64,000 nt of DNA from Felis catus (Eukaryota), in the NCBI RefSeq assembly GCF_018350175.1, contig NC_058383.1:29638001-29702000 (forward strand), given 5' to 3'. A program made the position numbers and the translations under genes. This document shows, in pieces, positions 37,775 through 50,375 of the stretch (position 1 is its first letter; each line of letters opens with the position of its first letter). The notes beneath the pieces were generated by a model. The model was given only the letters and a program-made list of their open reading frames with translations. It had not been told where the DNA came from and ran no database searches.

Positions 37775-38234
37775 CGTTATGCCCAGAATTCGCGCTCCCT
37801 AAAGCCCACCAGGAAGCCGAGTCTGATGCAAAAGCAAAGAGCCTTTATTTGAGCTAGCTCGAGCTCAATCCCCTACCTGCACCGATGCAGCGGTGAGATG
37901 CCAGAGAGAGCCGGGGAGTTTCAAAAGCACAAAGGTTTTACAGGGGTCTAGGGGCAGTTGGTGAGGTAATGGCTGTGGCCTCAGCCGATTGGCTGGGGAA
38001 GGGTCGTGGCCTCGGCCGATTGGCTGGGGAAGGGTCGGAGTCCTGTTAAGCGAGTCGCTGGGCGTGTTTTGATCCGGAAGTTTGAACGGGTGAGCGGGAG
38101 GTTACTCAAGGGGAGGAGGCGTGGTCTGAGGTTTCTGCGATTTTCCCGGAAAAGGGGTCATGTCGGGGACATAGTCACTCAAGGTGGAGGACACAGAACA
38201 AGATGGAGTCGGCTGGCGTAGGCCCGCCCTTTCA
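37775..38234 (-). mobile_element. Young ERV1 (gamma-like) solo LTR, 460 bp
   Basis: Minus strand starts TGAAAGGG; 4-bp TSD GCAG at 37771-37774 and 38235-38238; AATAAA (37844-37849); duplicated CCAAT unit; CpG-rich. Confidence 0.88.
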
Positions 38235-39700
38235 GCAGGTTTCCTAAAACAAAGCACATATCATCATGTGCAGGGCCCTGGGGGGCCAGGCAGAGGACCC
38301 ACTTCTGCCTGTGTTAGCATATTTAATCATCCCATTTGGGGGGAGATAATCCGTTTTAGTTTTCTTAGGCCGTGTTCACTTGCTTTCATTATTTTCTTGA
38401 CTTCAAAGATCATCCTGACAACCGTTTTTCTTCGCAACAAGGCTGATGGTATTCCTCCAGATCCATCTGATTTCATGGCCTTCAAGGTTGCTTTCATGTA
38501 TTATGAATTTCTCAATTGGCAGTGTGTATTAGATGGAAACTTACACCTCTTTGTAGAAGTGTTTATCTTGCACAAGTTGTTGCTAGGGTAAAAAGCAAGA
38601 GAAGGAAATATTAATGTTTCCAGAGGAAGGCGGAAGCATGGTTGGCAAAAACCTTCTCAGAAACAGTGTGTTGGATCATGCTTTTGAGATGTGTGATGTT
38701 TTCTTTTTGTCTCCTGGTGTCTCTCCCCTTCCCCCATTAAGCAGGGAGTTGGCTCTGTGTTCCTTGCCTTGGGGTGGGTTTGGGGCACACTCTCCTTTTC
38801 CTCTCTCCCACTTTCAGCATCCTGAACCCATTCAGGAGAAACAGGGTTTGACCACAGAGGGCTTTTCCCCAAACTTAGAAAGGGGCCCTTGCTTAGGTCC
38901 CTGGGTCTCTGAACTGGAAGAGCAGCAGAGAGAGCTAGGAGATTTTGAAACAGGAATTGCATAATGCCTGCAAGCAACAGAGACCACCCTCTCCTAATTT
39001 TGTGGCTTGAGCTGCTTGCAACGTGGGTTAAAAAACAGAGAAGACTGGAGGCAAGTAGTCCAGAGCTGGTGTGCCAGTGACACAAGGCAATCAGGGACAT
39101 CTATCTTTTTGTTCCTTTATCCTCATCTTATGGTTTCCTTTCTCAAGGTTGCCTCAAATTCCAAAGTGGCTACCAGGGCACCAGCCATCACATCTGCATT
39201 CTTGGCCGCAGGAAGATTGAGAGAATGCTTCTCCCAGGCAAAACAACTCCTTTCGAAAGATCTACTGCAGAAGTTGCTTGTAATACATCTATTGACATCT
39301 CCTTAGAACATAGTCACATGGCTGTATCTAGCTGAAGTAGAAAGAAACTAGCAGTGCCTGCCACACACCTGAAGGGGCTAATGACCTTTAGCAAAGAAAG
39401 CTTCATCTGCCCTCTATCTGCATCGGTGAACATGGACCACTAGGCAGAGGGCACTGTGTGCCCTTCGTCTTCCTCAGTGAATTGGCACAATGAAAAACCA
39501 GTGGAACCTTACCACACCTTGGGGGTGGGTGTAGGGAAGAGCCTAGGACCTTCAAGCCAAAGGAATGAGGCTTGAGATAGAGATTAAGCAGAGTTATAAA
39601 GATAAAGCAAACTTTGATTTCTTAAACGCATGAGTTTGGACAGAGATTTGTAGTAAGTATTAGGGTAGGGTATCTGAGAGTTCAAATCTTCATTTAAATG

Positions 39701-39771
<71 letters not shown>

Positions 39772-39773
39772 TC
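39701..39773. repeat. (CTTT)18 tetranucleotide microsatellite
   Basis: Direct reading; uninterrupted. Confidence 0.98.
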
Positions 39774-40019
39774 AGTTAAGCACCAACACTTGATTTATTG
39801 ATTTTGTTATAAAAATGCATCACTTGGAAGGCTTGAGCACTATTTTTCTAAAATGACCCCGCTAATTTCTGAAGACAGGGGCTGTATATTTTACCTCTGC
39901 AGAATGCTTGATAAACCTAGGCACTTTGTATTTGTTAAATAAGTGAATCAATGATGGTAATCTAAGAGATTTTAGCCCCCCTGTGTTTTCACATCTATTT
40001 GTGTGTCTATATTTGTCAA

Positions 40020-40410
40020 AACTCCTTTAGTTGCATGTTACAGAAATTGAAGTCAAAATGGTTAAGACAAAAGGTAATTTATGACTCTTACAATTTAAGC
40101 CATAGGCTTCAGGCATGGCTGTATCTAGGTGTTTAATGATCTTATCAAAACAAGGCTCTGTATTCTCCAATGAACTTTTCTCTGTATTGGCTCCACTCTC
40201 CCCTCTTGGTGGTAGGATGACTGTTAGTAGCTCCATGAAAGCCAATTGTTTAGCTTTGAGTCCAGAGGGTAAGAATATCATTTCTTAGGCAGCATTTCTT
40301 AGGCAGAATGCTCTCTCAACTATTTCATTGGCTCTGATTGTTCTGACTTGGAATCAGAAACCTTCTCCGAATATTTCACTAGAATGTGATAGGCTTTAAG
40401 ACTCAGGCCC
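40020..40410 (-). mobile_element. MLT1J-like LTR
   Basis: GCTTCAGGCATGGCTGTATCTAGGTGTTTAATGAT..TCATTGGCTCTGATTG. Confidence 0.65.
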
Positions 40411-40412
40411 AC

Positions 40413-41008
40413 TGTGTCAATCTGGGGCCGGGCAGGAGAAAGAAAAACATACTATTATTTGAACAGAAATAATTTAAGACAGGTGGTCAAATCCAGTCTT
40501 TGCCTGGATAAAAGAGTGGAGTTGCTACGACAGAGACTGTATGACTCACAAATCTAAACACTTACTATCAAGGTCTTCATGGAAAGTTTACCCACCTGTA
40601 ATTTTACATAAACTAGTGACAGCAAAATGAAGCCCTGAAAAGGAACAACAGAAGAAAAGAAGAGTAAACTACCATGGGGGGAGAACCTGCCGGAAGCATC
40701 TACCTCTAGGGCTGAAGGAACAGAGGGAAAACACTAGAATTACTAAAACTTAGAAGTTTGGAGAAGAGGCCCCATAGAATGGAAGCTTCAGACCTCCAGA
40801 GAAGGAATGACTTGGTGCTGGTGTTGGTGTCACCAAGGGAATGTGTCCCCTCTTCCTCCTCCATCCTGTGGGTTCCCTCGGTGCCCGAATCCGACTGGAA
40901 GCAGTGGTGAAGGAGAAATGTGCTTGCGGGGTCCTGGCCCTAGCCTCCCAAAGTGGGGTATGGGAACATGGGCTTGGAGTTGAAATACAATAGCTAAAAA
41001 GCTGGCAA
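40413..41008 (-). mobile_element. ERVL-class 3' LTR (LTR33/41/52-like) containing a MER58-like fragment
   Basis: TGTGTCAATCTGGG..CAGGAGAA terminus; ACCTCTAGGGCTGAAGGAACAGAGGG; abuts a PPT-like GTAGCCAGAGTGGA on the minus strand. Confidence 0.55.
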
Positions 41009-41321
41009 AATCCACTCTGGCTACTCAGTATTCATCCACACGCTTCTATTTGTATTTGAACTTCTACAGACAGTACTGACAACTCTATGCTTCCACCTGA
41101 CCACAGACAGCCACTCTGCACTCAAGCAAAGGCATGTATATCTGCGATGCTCCCCAGTGTGAGGAGACTCAAAGTCACAACAGTCATCACAGCCATTTGG
41201 GGGCTATGTTAATTACTCTCCGAAGTCAGCCAGAGCCTCATCAGAATATTCTGTTACTTAAAGACCAACTTGTAAAGTTAACTGCCCTAATAAGGTTGGA
41301 TATTAGGGAAGAAGAAAAGAG

Positions 41322-41322
<1 letters not shown>

Positions 41323-41362
<40 letters not shown>
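41323..41362. repeat. (CA)n microsatellite
   Basis: Direct reading. Confidence 0.98.
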
Positions 41363-41365
<3 letters not shown>

Positions 41366-41564
41366 AAGCAAGGAAGAAGATAAGCATAGTTCTTCTACAG
41401 TCCTTGCTTCTGTAAGTGGTCATGACTGGTTATCACGTGTCATATTCGTGTCATATCATCTCATGTTTGCTTTGTCCTCGTCCAAGGGCTCAGCCGGTTC
41501 AGTTCTGTACCAGGTGTTAAAATTCAAACTTTCATTCATGAAGTGTTGGGATTATAAACCCTAT

Positions 41565-41794
41565 TTTTTTTTTAAATTTTTAATGTTTACTTATGTTTGA
41601 GAGAGAGAGAGAGAGACAGAGAGACAGAGTGCAAATGGGGGAGGGGCAGAGAGAGAGGGAGACACAGAATCTGAAGCAGGCTCCAGGCTCTGAGCTGTCA
41701 GCACAGAGCTCGATGTGGGGCTCGAACCAACGAACCACGAGATCATGACTTGAGCCGAAGTGGGACACAAACGACTGAGCCACCCAGGTGCCCC
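41565..41794 (-). mobile_element. CanSINE inside the ERV-L remnant
   Basis: T tail, (GA)n, reverse head. Confidence 0.95.
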
Positions 41795-43420
41795 TGGATA
41801 CTCTCATTTTCTAACTCAATGGAGCTACTGTTGTGACCTCTGGTGGGAGCACTGCCTCCCTGTAACTAAGACCTCCAAAGCAGCAGAGCTCAAAGTTGGT
41901 AGGATCAGGACCAAAAACCCTGCAAGTGGACGTGATAGCGAGAGAGGAGACAATCCCACCTTCATCCCTGGATTCTTGGCCCCATGTGAAGAAACAGCAC
42001 CTTGAGATGGTTGCTGCATCAAGGCATATATTGCTTTCCAGATATAGAACTCCATCCTTTCTGGGTGTTGCCTCCTCAATGGTTTTGTAACTAAGCCTTC
42101 TGTAGACCATTTCTCTATCTTATTAGGCCTGGGGCACCTAGATGATGGGCACCTGGCAAACCAGTGAACTCCACGGGCAGGAACCTGTGCATGCATCTGT
42201 TTTGTTGCGAGACATATTTCTCGATCAGGAGTAATCAATACAGGGGGAAGTGTCATAACGTTAAATAGGGGATACCATAGCCCATGGATGGTGGTACCTG
42301 CAAAAACATGGCAGATAGGGAAGATACCCATGTCCGGGTCGTGTGTCTGTTTCAGTGAGGACGGATCTCTGCCCCATCTGCAATGTAGGGGAACTAGTGC
42401 TTGTCCTGCCACAAAGTAGACGGCTGTTCCCCGAAGGGAATGATGCAATGTTGAGCTTCGGTGCTGGTCTCTACTGTTGGCCGATCAAGAACCTGGTTAG
42501 CATTGGTGGGAAGAAGTCCATGTTGTTGAACTCGTGCACGGCTTCCGTCCCTGTCACCTTGGTCTCTTTGCACACAGGCCCATTGAGCAAGCACGAGGGT
42601 GGGTGCTGAAAAGGGCTGAGTGACAGCCGGAACGCAGGCCACCTTGCCCATCAGGTTACTGAGAACCCTCTCTACTGTGGATTTAGGTTTCATGGGATCG
42701 TTCTGATCCTACTCCAAGGTGTCCTCCCATGTATATTTCTCACAGGCTTCCCAGTCGCCAGTGCCCCAGGTGTGTCCTTTCTAAGAACGACCCCACCCAG
42801 CCAAGTGATTGGCAACTGCCCATATACTGGTGTAGCTCCAGGATTCTAATTCTCTCATGGCGCAGATGTACTGCCTGGAAGTTGCGATCACTGGAGCATC
42901 CTCCTTCACCATTGTCCTTCAGGACCACCTCTCAGTCAGGCTGGAAGGCTGTAGCTGTCTATTTCTTGTTGGCACCAGCAAAGTCTAGCCCTTACCGTTT
43001 CTACTGACACGTCACAAAACACTCTGTCTTCCAGACCTCTGTGTCTTTGGCTCAGCCCAGAATGTCTTTTCCTTGCTGTCCATCTGTGAATCCTCTCCCG
43101 ACAACACTGCACCTCACTAACGCTGTTCCTGGGCACTTGGCAAGAGTCTCTGCTGTCATATATGTTTCAATGCTTTTATTATTTATGCTGCCCAAGTATC
43201 AGCTGTGTCCTCTTGGTCCCGTCAGGATTCAGGGCACATCAGTTTGTTTCCCCCTCAGAATCCAAAGCCCACCTCAAAAAGTCTGCATGTTCTCAGGCAG
43301 CTTACATTCTCCACTGTTGCTTTTCAAATCCAGATTTTGCACCTATTTTCTGATTTTTGCCACATTAGTCTGGTTGTGAACTTAAGGTCTGTGGTCAATG
43401 TGTAGCATGCTATTTTAGAT
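41795..43420 (-). pseudogene. Decayed ERV-L pol: RNase H, integrase, start of dUTPase
   Basis: Minus-strand peptides LKDNGEG..FQAVHL; QPFSAPTLVLAQWA..GDRDG..QQHGL..IPFGEQPSTLWQ; TTIHGL..GVHW..IEKW..KAIYAL..GAVS..PLAGFL..LSSAALEVLV; LPPEVTTVAPL, in ERV-L Pol order. Confidence 0.88.
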
Positions 43421-43467
43421 GGGATTTTTTTTTTTTTAAATCTACTAAGCTTGTTCTTTGTATATAG

Positions 43468-43670
43468 CACTGGTCTGTAGACTTTTTTCATAGAGTCAGA
43501 CAATAGATATTTTTGGCTTTGGGAGCCATATGGAGTCTGCTGCAACCACTCAATTCTGCTGTTGTATTGCAAAAACAGCCACCGACCATAAAGAGACAAA
43601 TGGGTATGGCTGTGTTCCAATAAAACTTGATTGACAAAAGTTTGTGGCAGTCTGGATTTGGCCAGCCCCT
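43468..43670 (-). mobile_element. MER58A-like MITE
   Basis: GCAACCACTCAATTCTGC..GGCTGTGTTCCAATAAAACTT..CTGGATTTGGCC. Confidence 0.85.
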
Positions 43671-43827
43671 GGCTTGTAATTGACTAATCCCAGGTATGCA
43701 AGAAGGCTATGGCCTTTGGTTCATGGAAGTTACCTTTTTAGTCACCTTACATTCTCTTGCTTCGAGTTTTTTCAGTTGATCCTGAACACTTGAATTTTTT
43801 TCAAGGTACACAAACCATATCACCTGA

Positions 43828-44585
43828 TATCTTAGTCCGTTTGGGCTTGATATGCCCCGATTCGAGAGACCCCCCAAAAACAAACCACCAGAGTCCAGAA
43901 TCAAAGCCAAGCGGCAAGGGTCGTTTATTGCAGGTTCGAACCCGGTCCTCCCCGCACTCGTTGCCGGTGACGCTAAGAGGCCCCGAGCGAGGATCTTACA
44001 GCTTCTTTTATAGACAGGCACAAACAAGTTAGGGATTTTTGGCGGTTACAGAGCTGTTATTGGCTAAATTTGAACACTCAGCAGAACTTGATTGGTTCCC
44101 GCCTTTTTTTCAAACCACTCAGCAGAACTTGATTGGTTCCCACCTTTAGGTCAGACCACAAGGGGGCACGCCCTGGCTGGTTCCAGGAATGGCGGGGGGG
44201 GGGGGGGGGGGGGTTGGTCTTTTCTTTGCAGTTGTGAGTACACCTGGTAACTTTTCTCTTAGTCTCTCAGGCTGCTATAACAAAACACACAAACTTAAAC
44301 AACAAATAGCCCAGCTTAAAACACAAATATTTATTTCTCACAGTTATGGAGGCTGCAAAGTCCAAGACCAATGTGCAGCAGATACGGTGCCTGGTGGAAA
44401 CCCACTGCCTGGTTCATAGATGGTCATCTTCTTGCTGTGTCCTGACCTGGTGGCAGGGGCAAGGGAACTCCCTGTGATCTCTTTTATAAGGGCACTAATC
44501 CCATTTGGGAGAGTTCCACCTTCATGACCTCATCACCTCACAAAGGCTCCACCTCCTAATACCAATACAATGGGGGTTAGGAAAT
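43828..44585 (-). mobile_element. MLT1A-like LTR split by an ERV LTR
   Basis: TCTTAGTCCGTTTGGGCT | GCTATAACAAAA..TTTATTTCTCACAGTT..TTTTATAAGGGCACTAATCCCATT. Confidence 0.85.
43848..44269 (-). mobile_element. Young ERV1-type solo LTR, 422 bp
   Basis: TG..CA termini; 4-bp TSD GGCT at 43844-43847 and 44270-44273; minus-strand TATAAAA (44006-44012), AATAAA (43924-43929), three CCAAT. Confidence 0.9.
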
Positions 44586-44599
44586 CAATTTGCGATTTG

Positions 44600-44903
44600 G
44601 AGGAGTCCTTGTCTGGTCATTCTTGGCCCAGTGGTCCTGGGTCTGTTGTCCGTGGCAGTGCCAGTCCAGCTCAGCAAGAATCTGGCCAAACCAGTTGAGC
44701 AGGAGTTCCCCATCTTTGATAGGGAATCAAGTTCCTCCCATTAATTCTCAATCCAATGACTGCCTCACTCCACCGCATTAGCTATAGATCCCCAGCCATC
44801 CCTGTTTTATTTGGAATTGAGTTCAATCTCACTCCCCTAGTGCAACAGTCTGGAATAGTCTCCTTTGTCTGTTTAAATTGCCTGGTGCAATTTTTCCGTG
44901 ACA
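44600..44903 (+). mobile_element. MER31-like ERV1 LTR
   Basis: CAGCAAGAATC..GCTATAGATCCC..GGAATTGAGTTCAATCTC..TGACA. Confidence 0.6.
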
Positions 44904-44999
44904 CACCTTAACAATTTTTTATTCTTAATTTCTTTCTTTTGTCTCAATTCATCAACTTTTGCCTGCCGATCTATGTTAACTAAAGGCGGTGGCCTTGGA

Positions 45000-45530
45000 T
45001 GTATCAGTCAGAATCAGGGCAGGGAACAGAGGCAAGACTCAAAAGGACTGACTGCAGAGATTTCAATGAAGGCACTATTTGCAAGGTGTGGGCAGGGTTA
45101 AGGAAGCCCAGCAAAAGACGAAGAAGCACGCCAGGGCTACCGACATTGGGGCAGCTCTAATGGATACCCCAGGCATGAAAAAGCAAATGAAGAAAGCAGT
45201 TGCCAAAACTCCATCAGAACAGGAATGGAGGGCATCTTACAAGAGCTGTGCCTTAGCCAGAGAAACACATTATTGCTAACCACAGGCAGATGGGAAGGCA
45301 GTCGAGTGACTGATGACACTGACCTCTCTGTTCTCCTGCTGCCATCCCCCCCCCCCCAATCTCCTGTTGGTGTCTCCTTTGGAAAAACTTGACCAGAAGC
45401 CACAAGGTTAAGGGAAGCTGGTGATAAAATCTAACGAGGTTGGCCTCCTGGACGCAGATCAGGGAGGATCCAGCTGGACAGTGGATATGGGGGAGAGGAT
45501 GTCATGAGAGTCAGAGAATGTGCATCATAG
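45000..45530 (-). mobile_element. LTR33-like ERVL solo LTR
   Basis: TGTATCAGTCAG..CTCAAAAGG..AATGAAGGCACTATTTGCAAGGTGTGGGCAGGGTTAAGG. Confidence 0.75.
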
Positions 45531-47188
45531 GAGACATTGTTGACTCCTTCTGTCCCTCAGTGAAAGAGTTTCTAGTCTTTGCCAATTAAGCATCTTGCCA
45601 GGTTGGGGAGTGACATGGACATATCATTTCATGTTAAGGAAATGTTTACTTTCAAAAAGTTTTTTTTTTTTTAACAGGAATAGATATTGAATCTCATCAA
45701 TGCTTTCTATTATCTATACACATGCTATTCTCTTTTACTCTATTAACATGGTGAATTATATTAATAAGGAATATGCTTTGAGGAATCCTTGCATTCTTGA
45801 GAGAAACCCCACTTGGTCACAGAACATGAGTGCTGTTGGATTCTGTCCGTTGGTATTTTATTTAGATTTTCACATGGATATTCAGAAGCAAAGGAGAGGA
45901 TGGTCCATTACTTCCTTTTATATTTTAATTTTTTTCAACTTCATGAAAACACACGTAACCTTTCTTCCTTTTTGTTTCTGAAGAATCTATTCTTAGCTTC
46001 GGCTACTTTTTTGCTTTTTTGCCCCTTGCCAGCTAAACTTGGAAATGTATTTCCTCTAAAAACTAATTTGGGAAACTGTTCTACTTCAACAATATGGGTT
46101 TGCCTGGCTTTGATGGGTCAGGATAGTCTGGGATAATCTCCAATTCATAGAGTTTGAAGGAAAAGTAGCTTGAAATAAGCCTAGAGAGGTAGCAGTGACC
46201 TTCAGGCAAAGCTTTGCAAGGATATGCTTCCATTTTAAGAACAAAAGTCAGTGGAGGGTTTTCAACAGAGCAGTTGCACAATCAGATTTTACCTTTTGAA
46301 GATCTCATGCTGCTTTCTCATCATGGGAAAATTACTCCTCTATGGTTTAGTTTCCACATCTGTACATCACAGAGAAAAAATCTGTTACAACGTCTGAGAA
46401 AATTATTTTGGGTAAGTGATATCTATAAAACACGTATCCTAGTTTTTGGCATTTATAAATAAATTACATACACACACACACACACACACACACCATATAA
46501 TGTGGGGATCTTTTTACATTATTGATTTGTGGGAGAGCTATTGATTTCTGTATATTTATCTTGTCTCCAGCCATCTTACTGAATTATTGCATTCATTCCT
46601 GTATTTCTTCAGGCAGTTCTCTTAATTTTCCTTGTTATTCAATCGTATCAACTGCACAAAGTTTATTTCTTTTGCAAACTATTATTTGTGAATTAGTGAA
46701 TTACCGTCAACCTGCATTTGTTTGGAGGATAATATTTATTCTTGGAATCCAAGCCAGAATTGCATATTACAAACAAGTTGTTTGATGGAGATGAAACCCA
46801 CAGCTTAAATTACCTTTATGGTTGAATAGGATGGTAATTGCGATGATTGCATGAGACCATTTGGAAATTAAAAAGTTGGATATTTAACCTACTAGCTGGA
46901 ATAGAAAACAGGTTATTGTGTATTTGATTGAATTTAATGGGCTGTTGATATGACCTCCACATTCCCCATGTGAAATCATGCATTTATTCCAATTTGAGCC
47001 AAGGAAAGGTCAGAGAGGTTTGAATACACACCTCTTCCCTCACACCTTACTGTTGATTTGGAATATAAAATGGGCCTTGATTTCTAGAATTGTGATTGTG
47101 TTTGTCACTCAGTAAATATTATGTATATTTAAATGTAAAGATCAAGATATGGAGAGTATCTAATATATAGATCCTGACATATAATAAG

Positions 47189-47558
47189 CGCGATAGATGG
47201 AATGTTTGTGCCCCCCCCTCCCCCAAAAGCCCATATGTTGAAATCCTAACGCCCGACGTGATGGCATTTGGAGGCAGGTCTTTGTGATTAGGTCATGAGA
47301 ATGGTACCCTCATAAATGGGATTAGTGTCCATATAAAAGAGACCCTGGAGAGCTTTCTTGCCCTTTCCCATCATGTAAGGACACAGCAAGAAGATGGCTG
47401 TGTATGAACCGGAAGGTGGGGCCCCACCAAACACCTAATCTGCCTGAGCCTCCATCATGGGCTTCCCAGCCTCCTAACTGTGAAAAATAAGTGTTTTGCT
47501 TAAGCCACGCAGCGCATGGGTGGGATTTTGGTTATTTCAGCCTGAACCGGTAAGAACA
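47189..47558 (+). mobile_element. MLT1A-like LTR
   Basis: GAATGTTTGTGCCCC..ATATGTTGAAATCCTAAC..AATGGGATTAGTG..AAGCCAC. Confidence 0.85.
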
Positions 47559-47938
47559 ATAGGTATACAATAAACATAGCTTTCCCTCTCCTCCTTTTTA
47601 AATGCAAATGTCCAAGGACTATGGCCTAATATTTTCAATCCCCATAATGAAGTTCTTTGGCTGCTCAGCTAGGCCTACGTGGTCTGTCTCCTCTCTCCTC
47701 TCCACCCTCTTCTTCTACTACATTTCCCTTCTTCCTTCACTCTAGCCCCAGAGATCTTGATCTTCCCTAAACCTTTGAACTTTGAATGAATGAATGTTAC
47801 AACTTCTGGCACATCATTGATGACCATGAACAGCAAAATGATTGTGGCTTGAATTAGCAGAATCAGACACCAGATGCTGATGTTTCCTGAGGGGAGGGGT
47901 GGGGTTCCTTGGGTGCTGAAGTCTGATATCTTGGGCAT

Positions 47939-48306
47939 TGCTATTGATTGAATTGTGTCCCCTCCAAATTCAGATGTTGACATCCTAATGCCCATTGTGA
48001 CCATATTCAGAGGCAGAGCCTATAAAGAGGAAAAATGTTTGATGAGATCATGAGGATCTCTAGCACTGGTGCCCTTACAAGAAGAAAAAGAGACACCAGA
48101 GCTCTCTCTCTCCCCATGATGTGAGGCCACAGTGAAAAGGCAGCTGTCTACAAGTCAGGAAGAAAGCCCTCACAGAAACTGAATGTGATGGCACCTCGGT
48201 CTTAGACTTCCCAGACTCCAAAACCGTGAGAAAATAGATTTCTGTTATTTAAGCAAGCCACCCAGTCTCTGGTATCTTGTTATGATAGCCCTACCTGACT
48301 AATACA
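47939..48306 (+). mobile_element. MLT1A/B-like LTR
   Basis: TG..TAATACA termini; 5-bp TSD GGCAT at 47934-47938 and 48307-48311. Confidence 0.9.
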
Positions 48307-50139
48307 GGCATAAAGCGATATGGTTTGTAAATGGTTTATGTGCCCTTCCAGCCCACTGAAAGAGTGTCTGGGACATAGGAGTAGCTGTAATTTTGATAGT
48401 TTAAGAAGACAGGCTTAAAGAAAAAAAAAATGAAGACAGTCTTGGTTCCAGTCTGTTCCACATGTCTCATGTCCTCTCTGGATCAGTGGCTATCCAGGTC
48501 ATGGTCTTATGGTGAGTTGTAGATGTGGGAGAGAGTGAGCAAAACGGCTGGTGTCTCTTGAGGCCTCATCCAAGAAATGACACACTGTCTCCCCCAGAAG
48601 ATCTACTCGCTACCTTTCCACTTAAGTCTCACTTGTGTCACATGGTCATCTCTAGCTGCAAAAGCTTCTGGGAAATCAGGGAGTTATGTTCTCCAGCCTC
48701 TAAAGTGGGACATGGCAAAAGTAGGGAAAACGAGTTGTGGAAGTCTATTGGCGCAGTCAATCCACTGACTGTTGGTAGAAAAATTGGAATTTCTACCCTT
48801 ACTTTAAGCACCTTGGAGAACATTCTGGGGAGGAAGCTTGCATCTTTCTTGCCATTGCTCAGATGCTCCTCCCTGTGGGTGGAGGAGGAGCTCATCTGGC
48901 TACTGAGAACGCTGAAGCTGTGCCTCCTTGTGTATGGTCTCCACCTGCTGGGGAAGCATGTTTTTCTTCTTCCCTTCCTTTTGTTACCCCTCCTGCGGTT
49001 TCCCAGCTGCTCTGCATAAGCAAAGGCAAGAAGAGACAGAACCCTGGGAAACAAGCACATGGGCTGGGTCCAGCCACCATTAATGAAGCTGGTGTTCTGA
49101 TATATCCAGCTCATAGTTTTTAATTGGGTCAACATTTCAGGTACAGAAGAGCACCTCCAAACCTCAACCGCGATTTTTGTGCTTTAACAGTTTACATGAC
49201 AGTTTTTCATATCCACTTAATGGCTGACGTTAGGGGTCCAGCATTGTAGCAGTTATTTCACCCCACTTTATGGATGAGAGAACTGAGCCGGCAGAAGGCA
49301 ATGAAATACACACAGCCAGCATCGGCATAGCCAGCACTCAAGCCTGCTTTTTCTGCTGCAGTAGGTGACACTGCCATTCCTAGGGCATTTATTCTACATT
49401 TCCTTGTGCCATCTCATCAATTCTGCTCAGCCTGTAGTACCTGTTTGTGCATCCTGCTGTCACCCATCCTGCACCCCCCTTCAGCCCAGGAGAGCAATGT
49501 CTCAGCAATCAGTCAATGCTAATATGCCAGCAATTTCCCAGAGCTTTGTTGTTGAAGAGGCTGGTCTTGATGTATTATTCTAAGTGTGTTGCTTAGGCAA
49601 CATTGATTAATGATCAATATCTACATCACAAAATAATCATAGGGCCTGATAAAACTGTTCAGAAAGCAGAGACAGCTTCTTGAGCAGGTAGGAGATACCT
49701 TATACCAGATTGCCTGTGGCTGCCATTTTGCACATTTTCAGTGGATGCTATGCTGACTCTACATTTGAGGTTCTAGACTTCTTAAAGGGGGAATGGCCAT
49801 CAGGGTGCAGTTTCCTGCTTGGTTGCCTGGGAGAGCATTTTGGAGAAGGATGTTGCCAAGTGTAGTAGAATAGCTTTTGGCTCTCAGTTCTACTTTTTCT
49901 AGTGGCAAGCAAGGCCTAGCACACAGTAGGCTCTTAAATATTTGTGGACCAACGAATGCATGGGCGGGCCTTCGGGTAGTATGGACAGCTTTCTTGGCAC
50001 TGGCTGGCCACAACTTCTTTCTGTAGGTTTCTCAGACATTCATAGGCAGTGTACAGGATTCCAAGAGTCTCTGATTCCACAACAGTTGGGCAGCATCCAT
50101 GCGCTTTGAAAAATTCCTAGAAGGGGGCAATAGAGCACA

Positions 50140-50375
50140 ATTCTCAGTAGTCTCTGAGGTCCAACAGCCTGGGTTTGAATCTTGCCTCTCCCATCTTAGC
50201 TCAGGAACTTTAGGCAACTTTTTACCCATTGAACCTTGGTTTCTTCATGTGTAAAGTAGGAATTCTATTGTCACTATCTACTTCTTGGGTGAGCAAGATT
50301 CCATGAATTAACGCATGTTGAGTACTTAGCACAGTGTCTGGCACCTAACAAGTCCCCTGGCACCTAACAAGTCCC
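50140..50375 (+). mobile_element. MIR with a 19-bp tandem duplication (50338-50375)
   Basis: CCTGGGTTTGAATC..GTTTCTTCATGTGTAAAGTAGG..CTTAGCACAGTGTCTGGCAC; (CTGGCACCTAACAAGTCCC)x2. Confidence 0.8.

Noticed and set aside
40279..40306. Small tandem or direct duplications (CATTTCTTAGGCAG x2; also ~13516-13553, 50338-50375, ~52120-52178)
   Set aside because: Ordinary slippage events within old repeats.
45000..45530. 5' LTR partner of the ERV-L remnant
   Set aside because: Its sequence does not visibly match 40413-41008 and no gag or PBS is seen between them; treated as a separate solo LTR.
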